Source of the DNA: Oceanispirochaeta sp.
GTDB lineage: Bacteria > Spirochaetota > Spirochaetia > DSM-2461
DNA length: 64,000 nt
Direction of reading: 5' to 3'
NCBI GenBank assembly: GCA_963666275.2
Contig: CAXXOA010000001.1
Coordinates: 1,888,001 to 1,952,000 of the forward strand
Shown here in pieces: positions 55,297 through 64,000 of the stretch; position 1 is the first letter of the stretch, and every line of letters begins with the position of its first letter. The notes under the pieces were generated by a model. The model was not told the origin of the DNA. It saw nothing but the letters and a program-made list of their open reading frames with translations, and searched no databases. The translations under genes and the position numbers were made by a program.

Positions 55297-57987
55297 TTAG
55301 ATCAATTCTGATTTCTCGATAGACAGTACCTTGAACTTATAATCTTTCTCATTAATGGTAAAACTGAGTTTTCTTCCTTTTCTTGCACCGTAAATGGCAT
55401 TTCCGAAAGGTGATACATAAGAAATGACATTATTGGAAGGATCGGATTCCCAGGGGCCGAGAATGGTGTAAACTTCATCTTCATCGGTTATCTCGTTGTG
55501 CAGAACCACTTTGGTACCGAAGGAAATCTTTTTCACATCAACAGTGGAAGGATCAAAGACCTTAGCTTTTTCAATTCCTTCTTTCAGTTTTCCAACCTGA
55601 ATATTGAGAGATTCCTGCTTCTCTTTTCCCGCTTTGTATTCGGCATTTTCTTTAAGGTCTCCCATTTCAATGGCAATACCAATCTCTTTGGAGTTTTTGG
55701 GAACCTCAACCTCAAGAATATATTTCAGTTCTTTCTGCTTTTCTCTCAGGCTCTCTTCCAGAGTGATAAGAGATCTGCTGCCTGAAGAAACAGCCTTTTC
55801 CTCTGTTTCACCAAGGAAGCGAATATTGGGATATTTATCAACAATCTTCTGTCTGAGATCCAGTTTAACAGACACATCGAGCTCTTTTACATCCTGCAGG
55901 AGTGTAAATAGCCGGCTTACGGTATCTTCATCGCCGCTCAGGATAAAAGATTCCAGTCGCTGCTCTTTGAATAAATAGGTCATAATTGCTCTATTTATTT
56001 TCTTGTTTTCTGTCACATCTTTCTTGTTGCTGATGTCTCTGAATGTAATATCCAGAAGGTGAATCATGTTGATAAGAATCTTTTCGTACTGAAAAGAGAG
56101 CTTTTCAAACCATTCCTCTTCTACGGCATTTCTGGCAATCCAGAGGAAAGCATCCCGATACTCTCTGTAATGAGACAGAATATCCTGGAGTTTATCTTTT
56201 ACAAGATCATCAAATCCTTTGCTGATAAGTTCATCAAGGATAGTTTTGTTGAGGTAGTAGGGGAAAAGCTGAATGTAATAGTTCTGCCATCCCTCGATAT
56301 GCCTTTTGATTTCCACAAGGAATTCTTTTTTCAGATCGGCATACTGAATGTTCTTAAACAGTTCGTCAAGATCCTCTATATCATCAAAAAGTTCCTGAAA
56401 ACCGTAGGTCAGGCCCGGGTTGAGGAAAGGATAGATCTTGATAATTTTATTTACAAAGAGGTAGCTGCAGACAACCTGCTCATTCACATTCGCTGCCTTC
56501 AGAAAAGACGTGAAATAGGTGAACATTTCAGCAAAATAGTCTGAATCCGGATCCGCTTCACGCATAAAATCCAGGATGGTCTGATACCTGTCGAAAAAAT
56601 TATTTTCCGCTTTAAACTTATTAAAAGTTTTCTCTTCGATGGTAATGGGTTTGTCCCTGACCATAAAAAGGTCAAGCTTATCCGGCATATTACCGAAATC
56701 CGCATCGGTTTTCAGGATCCGTCTGGCTTCTGTACTCCAGCTTGACCACTCGCTCTGAGTGAGTATGGAGGGAACCAGTTCAGCCTTGATCCTTTTCATA
56801 TCTGCAGCATTATCAAAACTTTTGATTACAGTTTTAAGAGTCCAGGGAATATCGGATTTTACTTTTTTATGAAGTTTCTCTTTGGAAATGACACTTTTAA
56901 GAACCCAGATATGGTTCTTATCCAGACTCATAAGAGCATTAACTCCCATTTTCAGAGACATGGTATGTCCCCGTCTTTCAGCAAAATCTATGGTGATATT
57001 GTCACCTTTAATAGATTTGATGACACCTACACCCCAGGATTTGTGAAATACGAAATTCCCAGCATCAAAAGAGATATGTTTTTCAAAGTCGGAAATCGCT
57101 TCCGTGATATTACGCCAGCTCTGGTTCAGGTTGGACAGTTTGATATACTCTTCCAGCTGACTGTGGTTTTCATACATTTTCCTGTAACAGTTGACAATCT
57201 CTTTTCTAGCCCAGGGATTTTTTGCATCGTACTGAAGAATCCTCTTGAGAGTATCAATTGCAACATCCCATTTCCCTGTTTCAACGATGGCAGGGTAGAG
57301 GTCCTCCAGGAGCATTGCTGATCTTTCGGCAGACATTGTTTTAGAGATTTTCTTTTCAATAAGCTGAAAAAATTCCAGATCTTCAATATTCAGTTCAATC
57401 AGTTTGCTCCAGATGTCTTTAACATTGGAAAAAAGATTTTTATTGATATATCTGTGGATGGCTTTTTTATAATAATCGACAGCTTCTTCTGTTTTGCCTT
57501 CGTCTTCTTTCTTTTCCGCAAGCTTTTTGACAATATCCGCTTCGTTGTAATCGATTTTGATTAAACGTTCCCAGATATCGAAAACTTCTTCTTCCCTGTC
57601 GGAATTGCTGTAACATTCCGCCAGAACGCGAAGAGCCATTTTATTTTCACCGAACTGAAGAATCCTGTTGCAGAGATACTCCACGATATTCCATTTGTGA
57701 TTTCCCGAAAAGATGTTGATCAATTCCACCAGATGTGAATCATCAATGAGCTGTTTGTTTAAAGATATGATTCCGGAAATATACAGAGCGATAATACTGT
57801 TTTTGGAATGGCTGAGATGCTCTTCGCAAAGATCGAGAATTTCGTTCTGCACATCCGAGCTCAGAATCTCATCGATCGTTTCATCCAGTTCCTTCAGGTT
57901 ATTCACCGTATAGTTGCTTAAAGTGGCACGTGTCCATTTCTCTTCATTCAACAAATCATTAATCTTATTAATAAATTCTTCAGACAT
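55297..57987 (-). CDS. greA: Transcription elongation factor GreA with a long N-terminal extension (spirochaete type)
   Basis: C-terminal GDLKENAEYKA, ISFGT.V, YTILGPWES and ISYVSPFG motifs. N-terminus is TPR-like and contains a CarD/Tudor-like segment (FVFHKSWGVG). Confidence 0.92.
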   Translation of the reverse strand: MSEEFINKINDLLNEEKWTRATLSNYTVNNLKELDETIDEILSSDVQNEILDLCEEHLSHSKNSIIALYISGIISLNKQLIDDSHLVELINIFSGNHKWNIVEYLCNRILQFGENKMALRVLAECYSNSDREEEVFDIWERLIKIDYNEADIVKKLAEKKEDEGKTEEAVDYYKKAIHRYINKNLFSNVKDIWSKLIELNIEDLEFFQLIEKKISKTMSAERSAMLLEDLYPAIVETGKWDVAIDTLKRILQYDAKNPWARKEIVNCYRKMYENHSQLEEYIKLSNLNQSWRNITEAISDFEKHISFDAGNFVFHKSWGVGVIKSIKGDNITIDFAERRGHTMSLKMGVNALMSLDKNHIWVLKSVISKEKLHKKVKSDIPWTLKTVIKSFDNAADMKRIKAELVPSILTQSEWSSWSTEARRILKTDADFGNMPDKLDLFMVRDKPITIEEKTFNKFKAENNFFDRYQTILDFMREADPDSDYFAEMFTYFTSFLKAANVNEQVVCSYLFVNKIIKIYPFLNPGLTYGFQELFDDIEDLDELFKNIQYADLKKEFLVEIKRHIEGWQNYYIQLFPYYLNKTILDELISKGFDDLVKDKLQDILSHYREYRDAFLWIARNAVEEEWFEKLSFQYEKILINMIHLLDITFRDISNKKDVTENKKINRAIMTYLFKEQRLESFILSGDEDTVSRLFTLLQDVKELDVSVKLDLRQKIVDKYPNIRFLGETEEKAVSSGSRSLITLEESLREKQKELKYILEVEVPKNSKEIGIAIEMGDLKENAEYKAGKEKQESLNIQVGKLKEGIEKAKVFDPSTVDVKKISFGTKVVLHNEITDEDEVYTILGPWESDPSNNVISYVSPFGNAIYGARKGRKLSFTINEKDYKFKVLSIEKSELI

Positions 57988-58008
57988 ATTTAATAATGCT
58001 CCCCAAAA

Positions 58009-58950
58009 TCAGTTAATGTACTGCTGATAAATTGACGGGCTGAGTAATTTGATATTCATTAAAACCTCGTCAATCGTACTTCTATCTTCTTTTATGCTTA
58101 TATAATGATCTATAAGCCAAAAATACTTATTAATCAGTCGAGGTATCAATACCTCGTCATCATCATTCTGCCGCAGATTACTCTGCAGTGAATATATAGA
58201 CTGTTTGAGCTTACCGTATTCGATAGCCCTCAGTTCCCGTTTCACATTGAAAACGCCGAACAAAACTGCATATACAGGCAGCCACTCATTGATAATGGAC
58301 CCTGTATAGCCCAACCTGCTGATCTTATCGATGACCTTTCTAATAAGACCCGATTCCAGCCGGCTGATATCAATTTCCTGAGGATTGATAAAAAAGGCTT
58401 CTCTGAAAAAGATTTTCGCCCCCTGCATCTCATCCATCAGAGCGTAGGTATCCGCCAGCTCTGCAAGTATCTGCGGGCTTTCCCTGTTGATTCGCGCCCC
58501 CCGTTCAAAACAGACCGCCGCCTTTTCATAATTCCCCAGGACTTTGTTACACTGCCCGATCCTCAAACAGAGAGACACATCCTCCATATCTTCATTCTGA
58601 AGGAGTTCGTAGAACTCTTTTCCTGCCGAGTGGACCATATGCTTCAGGGCCAGGATCCCTTTTTCAATATATTCAGAATTCCTGTTTTTGATCCAGAGAA
58701 GAAACTGATCCCACTGCGTCAGCAGATAGTCCCCTTTTTCAAAGGGACTGGAAAGATCATTCAGTCTCATCCAACGCGTCTGCCAGAATTTGACCATCCT
58801 GTAAAGTTCAGACGTATCTTTTGAATCAAAATCCACAGAATAGGCTTTATCAAGAAGTTCAATAGCTTTATCCAGATCCCGTTTTGCGGTATAACTGCAA
58901 ACCTGATCCAGAAACTGATCTATTTCGCTTTTTTTAGTGTTTGTACCCAT
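58009..58950 (-). CDS. TPR-containing protein
   Basis: TPR-like helices (IGQCNKVLGNYEKA, LAELADTYAL) and FFREAFFINP. Directly upstream of greA. Confidence 0.8.
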   Translation of the reverse strand: MGTNTKKSEIDQFLDQVCSYTAKRDLDKAIELLDKAYSVDFDSKDTSELYRMVKFWQTRWMRLNDLSSPFEKGDYLLTQWDQFLLWIKNRNSEYIEKGILALKHMVHSAGKEFYELLQNEDMEDVSLCLRIGQCNKVLGNYEKAAVCFERGARINRESPQILAELADTYALMDEMQGAKIFFREAFFINPQEIDISRLESGLIRKVIDKISRLGYTGSIINEWLPVYAVLFGVFNVKRELRAIEYGKLKQSIYSLQSNLRQNDDDEVLIPRLINKYFWLIDHYISIKEDRSTIDEVLMNIKLLSPSIYQQYIN

Positions 58951-59126
58951 AAAGTTTTTAACATTGCCTACCGGAATTCTGATAAATGCATCTTTCTTAT
59001 TATACTTTTCAGTCTATTTTAGTCAACAAAACAATTAGGACAGAATCGCTATAATTCGGATTTTGCAATATCAATATTGAATAACGACTTATTCACAAAA
59101 ATAAAATATTACGATATCTTGAAAAA

Positions 59127-59786
59127 ATGGATAAAAAACTAATATGCGCACCCTCTATTCTTGCGGCGGATTTCTGCAGAATGGGAGAGGAAATCAACCT
59201 CATAAAATCTTCAGGAGGCGACTGGGTACACCTGGATGTTATGGATGGAGTGTTTGTTCCGGAAATCACCTTCGGCGCCCAGATGGTAAAACAGATCAGG
59301 TCCCGGACGGATCTGGTTCTGGATGCTCATTTGATGGTGGAAAAACCGGAAAATAAGATTCCGGCCTTTATCGATGCGGGAGCGGATTACATTACCTTTC
59401 ATGTTGAAGCTGTCGTCCATGCCCACAGAGTCCTTCAGATGATCAGAGAGGGCGGTGTGAAAGCCGGGATATCTCTGGTCCCATCCACTCCGGTGAGCTA
59501 TGTTGCAGAACTGCTTCCTTTTATTGATCAGATTCTTATTATGACTGTAAACCCCGGTTACGGCGGACAGAAGATCATACCGGAATGCCTTCAGAAAGTG
59601 AAAGAGCTGGACAGGCTCCGGAAAGAAAAAGGCTACGGGTATCTGATCTCTGTAGACGGGGGAATCAATCAGAGCACCATTAAAATGGCGGCAGAATCAG
59701 GAATCGATGTTTTTGTAGCCGGTTCGGCCTTTTTCGGTGCATCTGATCCGGCTGCAGTAGTAAAATCTCTCAAGAACCCTTTTTAA
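59127..59786 (+). CDS. rpe: Ribulose-phosphate 3-epimerase
   Basis: APSILAADF, HLDVMDG.FVP, DAHLMV, MTVNPG.GGQ, VDGGI and VAGSA motifs. Confidence 0.97.
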   Translation: MDKKLICAPSILAADFCRMGEEINLIKSSGGDWVHLDVMDGVFVPEITFGAQMVKQIRSRTDLVLDAHLMVEKPENKIPAFIDAGADYITFHVEAVVHAHRVLQMIREGGVKAGISLVPSTPVSYVAELLPFIDQILIMTVNPGYGGQKIIPECLQKVKELDRLRKEKGYGYLISVDGGINQSTIKMAAESGIDVFVAGSAFFGASDPAAVVKSLKNPF

Positions 59787-59847
59787 CTGAGAGTTTTCAT
59801 TTTATTTATAGACTGCTGAAGCCGATGTTTGGTATGAGAGGTAGTTT

Positions 59848-60669
59848 TTGATGATTTCTAAAAAACTTCGCATAATCGGTTTTAGCAGCCTGTTCCTCGT
59901 AGTGCTGTCACTCCCGGTCTGGACTCAGCCACTGGAAGATGAATATCTGTACGGCCTGGATCTGTTCAAAAGTTCAAAATATGAACAGGCTTCGAAGCTT
60001 TTCAAAACGGTTTTATTCGATCTCAACTCTTCAGAACTCTACGGTAATGCTGCCTACTGGCTTTCCAGATCCTACCTGGAAATGGGTCACTATTCTGCAG
60101 CCATGGAAATAATGGAAGAGTTTCTGCTCAATTACCCGAAGAATCCCTATTATCTTGACGGCCAGTACTATAAGGGGAGACTTCTCTTCCTTGACGGAGA
60201 GTATGACAAGGCCATTCATTTTTTCTCCTCTTTTATCACTGCCCATGAGACAGAGAATCCCTACCTGGCCAACAGTCTCTTCTGGATAGGCGAATCTCTC
60301 TACACTCTGGGAAGGTTTGAGGAAGCCGAAGAGATTTACAGAAAGATCCTTGATGAATACTCAACCAGCATCAAAGTTGAGGCTTCCAAATATAAATTAT
60401 CTCTCATTGAATACAAATACAGAGAAGAGGAACTGCTTAAACTTCTTCAATGGAGTCATGAGGAATTTCTGAAAAGTTCCAGTGAATATGATAAAAAAGA
60501 AAAAGAATTCAACCAGGCCCTCAAAGTCTATCAGGAGAAACTGAAAGAACTGACAACTTCCAGGGAAATCTACGAGAACCGGCTTTTTCTTCTATCCATG
60601 AAAGAGGAAGCTCTTAAAATAAAAGAGCAGCTGATTTACCTGAGTGCAAGCGAGGGAAATAATGAATAA
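59848..60669 (+). CDS. Exported TPR protein (CpoB/BamD-like repeats)
   Basis: Signal peptide, TPRs (AAYWLS, NSLFWIGESLYTLG) and a C-terminal coiled coil. Confidence 0.75.
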   Translation: MMISKKLRIIGFSSLFLVVLSLPVWTQPLEDEYLYGLDLFKSSKYEQASKLFKTVLFDLNSSELYGNAAYWLSRSYLEMGHYSAAMEIMEEFLLNYPKNPYYLDGQYYKGRLLFLDGEYDKAIHFFSSFITAHETENPYLANSLFWIGESLYTLGRFEEAEEIYRKILDEYSTSIKVEASKYKLSLIEYKYREEELLKLLQWSHEEFLKSSSEYDKKEKEFNQALKVYQEKLKELTTSREIYENRLFLLSMKEEALKIKEQLIYLSASEGNNE

Positions 60670-60670
60670 C

Positions 60671-61687
60671 ATGAAAAAATCCCTGATACTCTTTTTACTC
60701 CTTCTTTTTCAATTGCTCTCAGCAGCAGAACAGAAAGAAGCGAATTACCGATTGAATTTTGATGAATCAGAGGCTTTCTGGGAGTTCGAGTACAATCACA
60801 AAGGAACCGTCAGATCCCTGCTTGAAAGCAGAGATCCTTCCACCAGCTATGCTTTGATTACAGTGGACGGCCGGAATTACAGTCTGGAAAAGAGTGCTTA
60901 TTTCAACCAGCATATCGAAGAATACCCCGGATTACTGGTGGTTCACTGGAGCAACAGGACTCTGCATGTTGTACAGTCTATCCAGGTAGACAACAGCATA
61001 AAAGGATTCAAGGTTACTTACACTGTCAGAAACCTTTCAAAGAATTATATTTCCGTGGGACTCAAACAGCTCATTGATACATTCAACAATACCGAGGGGG
61101 CAGATTTTCTAATCAATGGAAACAATCCCGTTGATTCAGAAAAATCCTGGTCCGATGGAAACGTTCCGCCCTATTGGGAGACAAACCCCTCCGGAGAGGA
61201 TGATTTCAGGATGGCTTTTACACCATACGGAGACAGAAAACCTGATCAGATTATATTTTCCAACTGGAAACGTCTGAATGACAGCAACTGGGATTTCAAC
61301 GTCCGTGAGGGCAGGGATTTCTCTCTCCTTCCATACTCAATCAACGACTCTGCCGCGGGTATATACTATAACCCTGTTTCAATTCCTCCTGGTACTGAAA
61401 TAGCTATGGCCTATGCTCTGACCACGGGGGGGCCTGCTCTGTCGCTGCAGGATACTGTATCGGAAGAGAAAGATTTCAGCATACCCAAAGCGGTAGCTGT
61501 TTCCGACAAAAGCCTTATTCTCAGTTATTCCTTCCAATACGATCTGGATATGATTGACGAATTCATAAATGAGATAAATACTCTTCTCCAGTTAGAGAAT
61601 CCTGTTTATACTACACAGGTAGAGTATTTTCAGGGTGAACTTGAAAAACTGAAACAGAAACTTTCTCATTATGAAGATATACAATAA
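60671..61687 (+). CDS. Hypothetical exported protein
   Basis: Signal peptide MKKSLILFLLLLFQLLSA and a beta-rich body. Overlaps the next gene. Confidence 0.7.
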   Translation: MKKSLILFLLLLFQLLSAAEQKEANYRLNFDESEAFWEFEYNHKGTVRSLLESRDPSTSYALITVDGRNYSLEKSAYFNQHIEEYPGLLVVHWSNRTLHVVQSIQVDNSIKGFKVTYTVRNLSKNYISVGLKQLIDTFNNTEGADFLINGNNPVDSEKSWSDGNVPPYWETNPSGEDDFRMAFTPYGDRKPDQIIFSNWKRLNDSNWDFNVREGRDFSLLPYSINDSAAGIYYNPVSIPPGTEIAMAYALTTGGPALSLQDTVSEEKDFSIPKAVAVSDKSLILSYSFQYDLDMIDEFINEINTLLQLENPVYTTQVEYFQGELEKLKQKLSHYEDIQ

Positions 61688-62765
61688 GACCCTCAAGAAG
61701 GGATATAAACTACTCAGAACCGGTCGATACGGAAATGTGATTTCTCTTCTGGAACCCAAGGTTCCGCTTTTTCTGGAGAACTATCATTTCTATTATTTCC
61801 TGGGAGCCGCATGCTACCTGACGGGAGATATGGGCGGCGCAGAGACATACCTGAAAAGGGCTGTACAGGTTAACAGAAAAGCCGAAGACCCCAGACTCTT
61901 TCTTGCGGCGGTCTATTTAAAGAAAAAAGACACCACTGAGGCAGTTCGTATATGGCTGGGTCTCCTTGATCTGAATCCGTCCAACAGAAAAGCCAGAAAG
62001 GGTCTCAATAAAATCCGGAAAATAGATGATCAGGATGTTCTTAATGTGTATCTTGACTCGGGCAACTTCTCATCGATCCTTCCGAGAACAGGTAAACTGA
62101 TTCCCGACTGGATATGGGGAGCCCTGATCCTTGCTGTGCTGGCCGGAACACTCTATCTTTCCTCGTCACTGTGGATTCCTCTTTTCAATGAATCCAGACA
62201 GCCCTCAAGAGGCAACCTTGAAAGATTGTATAAAAATCTGGATTCCTCCTTCCTCCGTCCGGAATCTGCAGATTCAGAAGTCACCTATATATTGTCTGAA
62301 GATGAAATCCGTGATTCCCTGAAAAAAGCCCAGTCTCTTTTTGATGATTACAGAGACAACGAAGCAAGAGTGGAAATCAACAGACTCAGGAACTCCAACG
62401 CATCGGAAGAAGTTAAACAGAAGGCTCTTATGCTGGAAGGGTTTCTCAAGGACCCTGATATCACAGGAATTACAGGAGATTATTCCTACAGGGATATACG
62501 GGAAAATCCGGATCTTTATGAGAACTGCCTTGTTCTGTGGAGAGGCAGGTTTACAAATCTGACCTACGAGAATGATGAAATTATCTTTGATTTTCTTGTC
62601 GGGTATGATACTTCCCAGGTTCTGGAGGGTATTATGAGCGTATCCGTCAATTTCCCGGTCAATCTGGATCCTTCCTACCCCCTTGAACTGATGGGTAAAG
62701 TTAAAATTGACGAAGACAAATCTATTCGCTTGCAGGCAATCGCCGTTCATAATATTATTGAATAA
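61671..62765 (+). CDS. TPR-containing membrane protein
   Basis: N-terminal TPRs (YFLGAACYLTGD.GGA..YLKRA), one central TM and a beta-rich C-terminal domain. Confidence 0.75.
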   Translation: MKIYNKTLKKGYKLLRTGRYGNVISLLEPKVPLFLENYHFYYFLGAACYLTGDMGGAETYLKRAVQVNRKAEDPRLFLAAVYLKKKDTTEAVRIWLGLLDLNPSNRKARKGLNKIRKIDDQDVLNVYLDSGNFSSILPRTGKLIPDWIWGALILAVLAGTLYLSSSLWIPLFNESRQPSRGNLERLYKNLDSSFLRPESADSEVTYILSEDEIRDSLKKAQSLFDDYRDNEARVEINRLRNSNASEEVKQKALMLEGFLKDPDITGITGDYSYRDIRENPDLYENCLVLWRGRFTNLTYENDEIIFDFLVGYDTSQVLEGIMSVSVNFPVNLDPSYPLELMGKVKIDEDKSIRLQAIAVHNIIE

Positions 62766-62886
62766 TACTGATATCCCTGATAGTATCACAAACAGATGTT
62801 AAGTATCTCATTTAATTTCTTTTTTTATGAAGTACCATTGAATTTTGATTTGTTAAATGAGCATCTATTCCTTAAGGAGATTTTTC

Positions 62887-63993
62887 ATGTCCGAGAAAAA
62901 ACAGGCAACGATGGAAGATAAAAAGAAAGCAATGGAGGCGGCACGCCTGCAAATTGAAAAACAGTTTGGAAAGGGCTCTCTTATGAAAATGGGAGAACAG
63001 GCCAAAATGGAGATAGAATCAATTCCCTCCGGCTCCATTCTGCTGGATGAAGCTCTTGGTGTGGGCGGATTCCCCAAGGGACGTATCATTGAAGTCTATG
63101 GTCCTGAATCTTCCGGAAAAACAACTCTGGCGCTCCATGCCATTGCAGAGTCTCAGAAACGGGGCGGTGTCGCTGCTTTCATTGATGCGGAACATGCTCT
63201 TGATCCTGTTTATGCCAGAGGCCTGGGTGTCAATGTGGATGATCTGTGGGTATCACAGCCCGACACGGGAGAACAGGCTCTTGAAATAACCGAGTCTCTT
63301 ATAAGATCCAGTGCTGTAGATATTATTGTAGTGGATTCTGTGGCGGCTCTGACCCCGCAGGCGGAAATCGAAGGAGACATGGGAGATTCTCATGTGGGTC
63401 TTCAGGCTCGACTTATGAGCCAGGCTCTCAGAAAACTGACAGGTATCATATCAAAATCCAATGCCTGTCTTATTTTTATAAATCAGATCCGTATGAAAAT
63501 CGGTGTTATGTTCGGAAACCCTGAAACAACCACCGGTGGAAACGCCCTGAAATTTTATTCCTCTGTCAGGCTGGAAGTCCGGAAAATTGAGACCATGGCC
63601 AAAGGCCAGGAAGATGCGATCGGTAACAGAGTCAGAGTTAAAGTTGTAAAAAACAAGGTAGCTCCTCCTTTCCGGAAAGTGGAACTGGAAATAATCTTCG
63701 GCAAGGGAATTTCAGCCAGCGCCAGTCTTCTTGATGCATCTCTGAAATACGATCTGATACAGAAAAGCGGCAGCTGGTACTCTATCGGTGAAGACAGGAT
63801 CGGCCAGGGGCGGGAAAATGTCAAAAAATACCTGGAAGACAATCCTGAATCCGCAGACAGTCTCATGACTCAGCTCAGGACAATCATGTTCCCCGGAGCA
63901 GCTGAGAAAAACAAGGCTGCCGAAGACGCAAAAGAGCAGAAAGCGGCAAAAGCACCTGTCAAAAAAAGTGATGAACCCGCAGCACTGTTCTAG
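62887..63993 (+). CDS. recA: Recombinase RecA
   Basis: [44 protein letters not shown] and TGGNALKFY motifs. AAGGAG SD precedes ATG 62887. Confidence 0.98.
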   Translation: MSEKKQATMEDKKKAMEAARLQIEKQFGKGSLMKMGEQAKMEIESIPSGSILLDEALGVGGFPKGRIIEVYGPESSGKTTLALHAIAESQKRGGVAAFIDAEHALDPVYARGLGVNVDDLWVSQPDTGEQALEITESLIRSSAVDIIVVDSVAALTPQAEIEGDMGDSHVGLQARLMSQALRKLTGIISKSNACLIFINQIRMKIGVMFGNPETTTGGNALKFYSSVRLEVRKIETMAKGQEDAIGNRVRVKVVKNKVAPPFRKVELEIIFGKGISASASLLDASLKYDLIQKSGSWYSIGEDRIGQGRENVKKYLEDNPESADSLMTQLRTIMFPGAAEKNKAAEDAKEQKAAKAPVKKSDEPAALF

Positions 63994-64000
63994 GGAAGAC

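Noticed and set aside
55297..57987. 896-aa GreA as a novel fusion
   Set aside because: Long N-terminally extended GreA proteins are already known from spirochaetes and chlamydiae.
769..63866. Numerous 60-280 aa ORFs antisense to or nested within recognised genes (e.g. 1393-2148, 12943-13782, 22380-23003, 32874-33509)
   Set aside because: They fully overlap well-supported genes and show no recognisable motifs, so they are treated as shadow ORFs.

Overview
A 64-kb chromosomal segment from a spirochaete, probably Spirochaetaceae. This is inferred from the 896-aa extended GreA, tandem Maf-family genes and spirochaete-style hypothetical proteins. Most of the window is housekeeping: nadA, proB, ABC transporters, purLEFMNHD, livKHMGF, cls, rnz, pfk, greA, rpe and recA. 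Four things stand out. (1) A compact four-gene operon at 34.6-38.0 kb encodes an ArsM-like methyltransferase, an unannotated 31-aa Cys-containing peptide (MKSLIRKKSDKAVKTAQCCAKISPVVAGCHD, missed by the ORF track and followed by a C(UUCG)G hairpin), a radical SAM/SPASM maturase and a thioredoxin-thioredoxin reductase fusion. It is a candidate undescribed RiPP system, possibly linked to arsenic/metalloid chemistry. (2) An intact IS66 element (perfect 17-bp IRs, 8-bp TSD) is nested inside an IS1182 transposase gene. (3) A 1024-aa very acidic protein contains 35 tandem 21-bp repeats. (4) An apparently catalytically degenerate M20 protein overlaps glucosyl-3-phosphoglycerate synthase. No rRNA, tRNA or CRISPR array was recognised. 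All product calls come from motif recognition by eye, without database searches.
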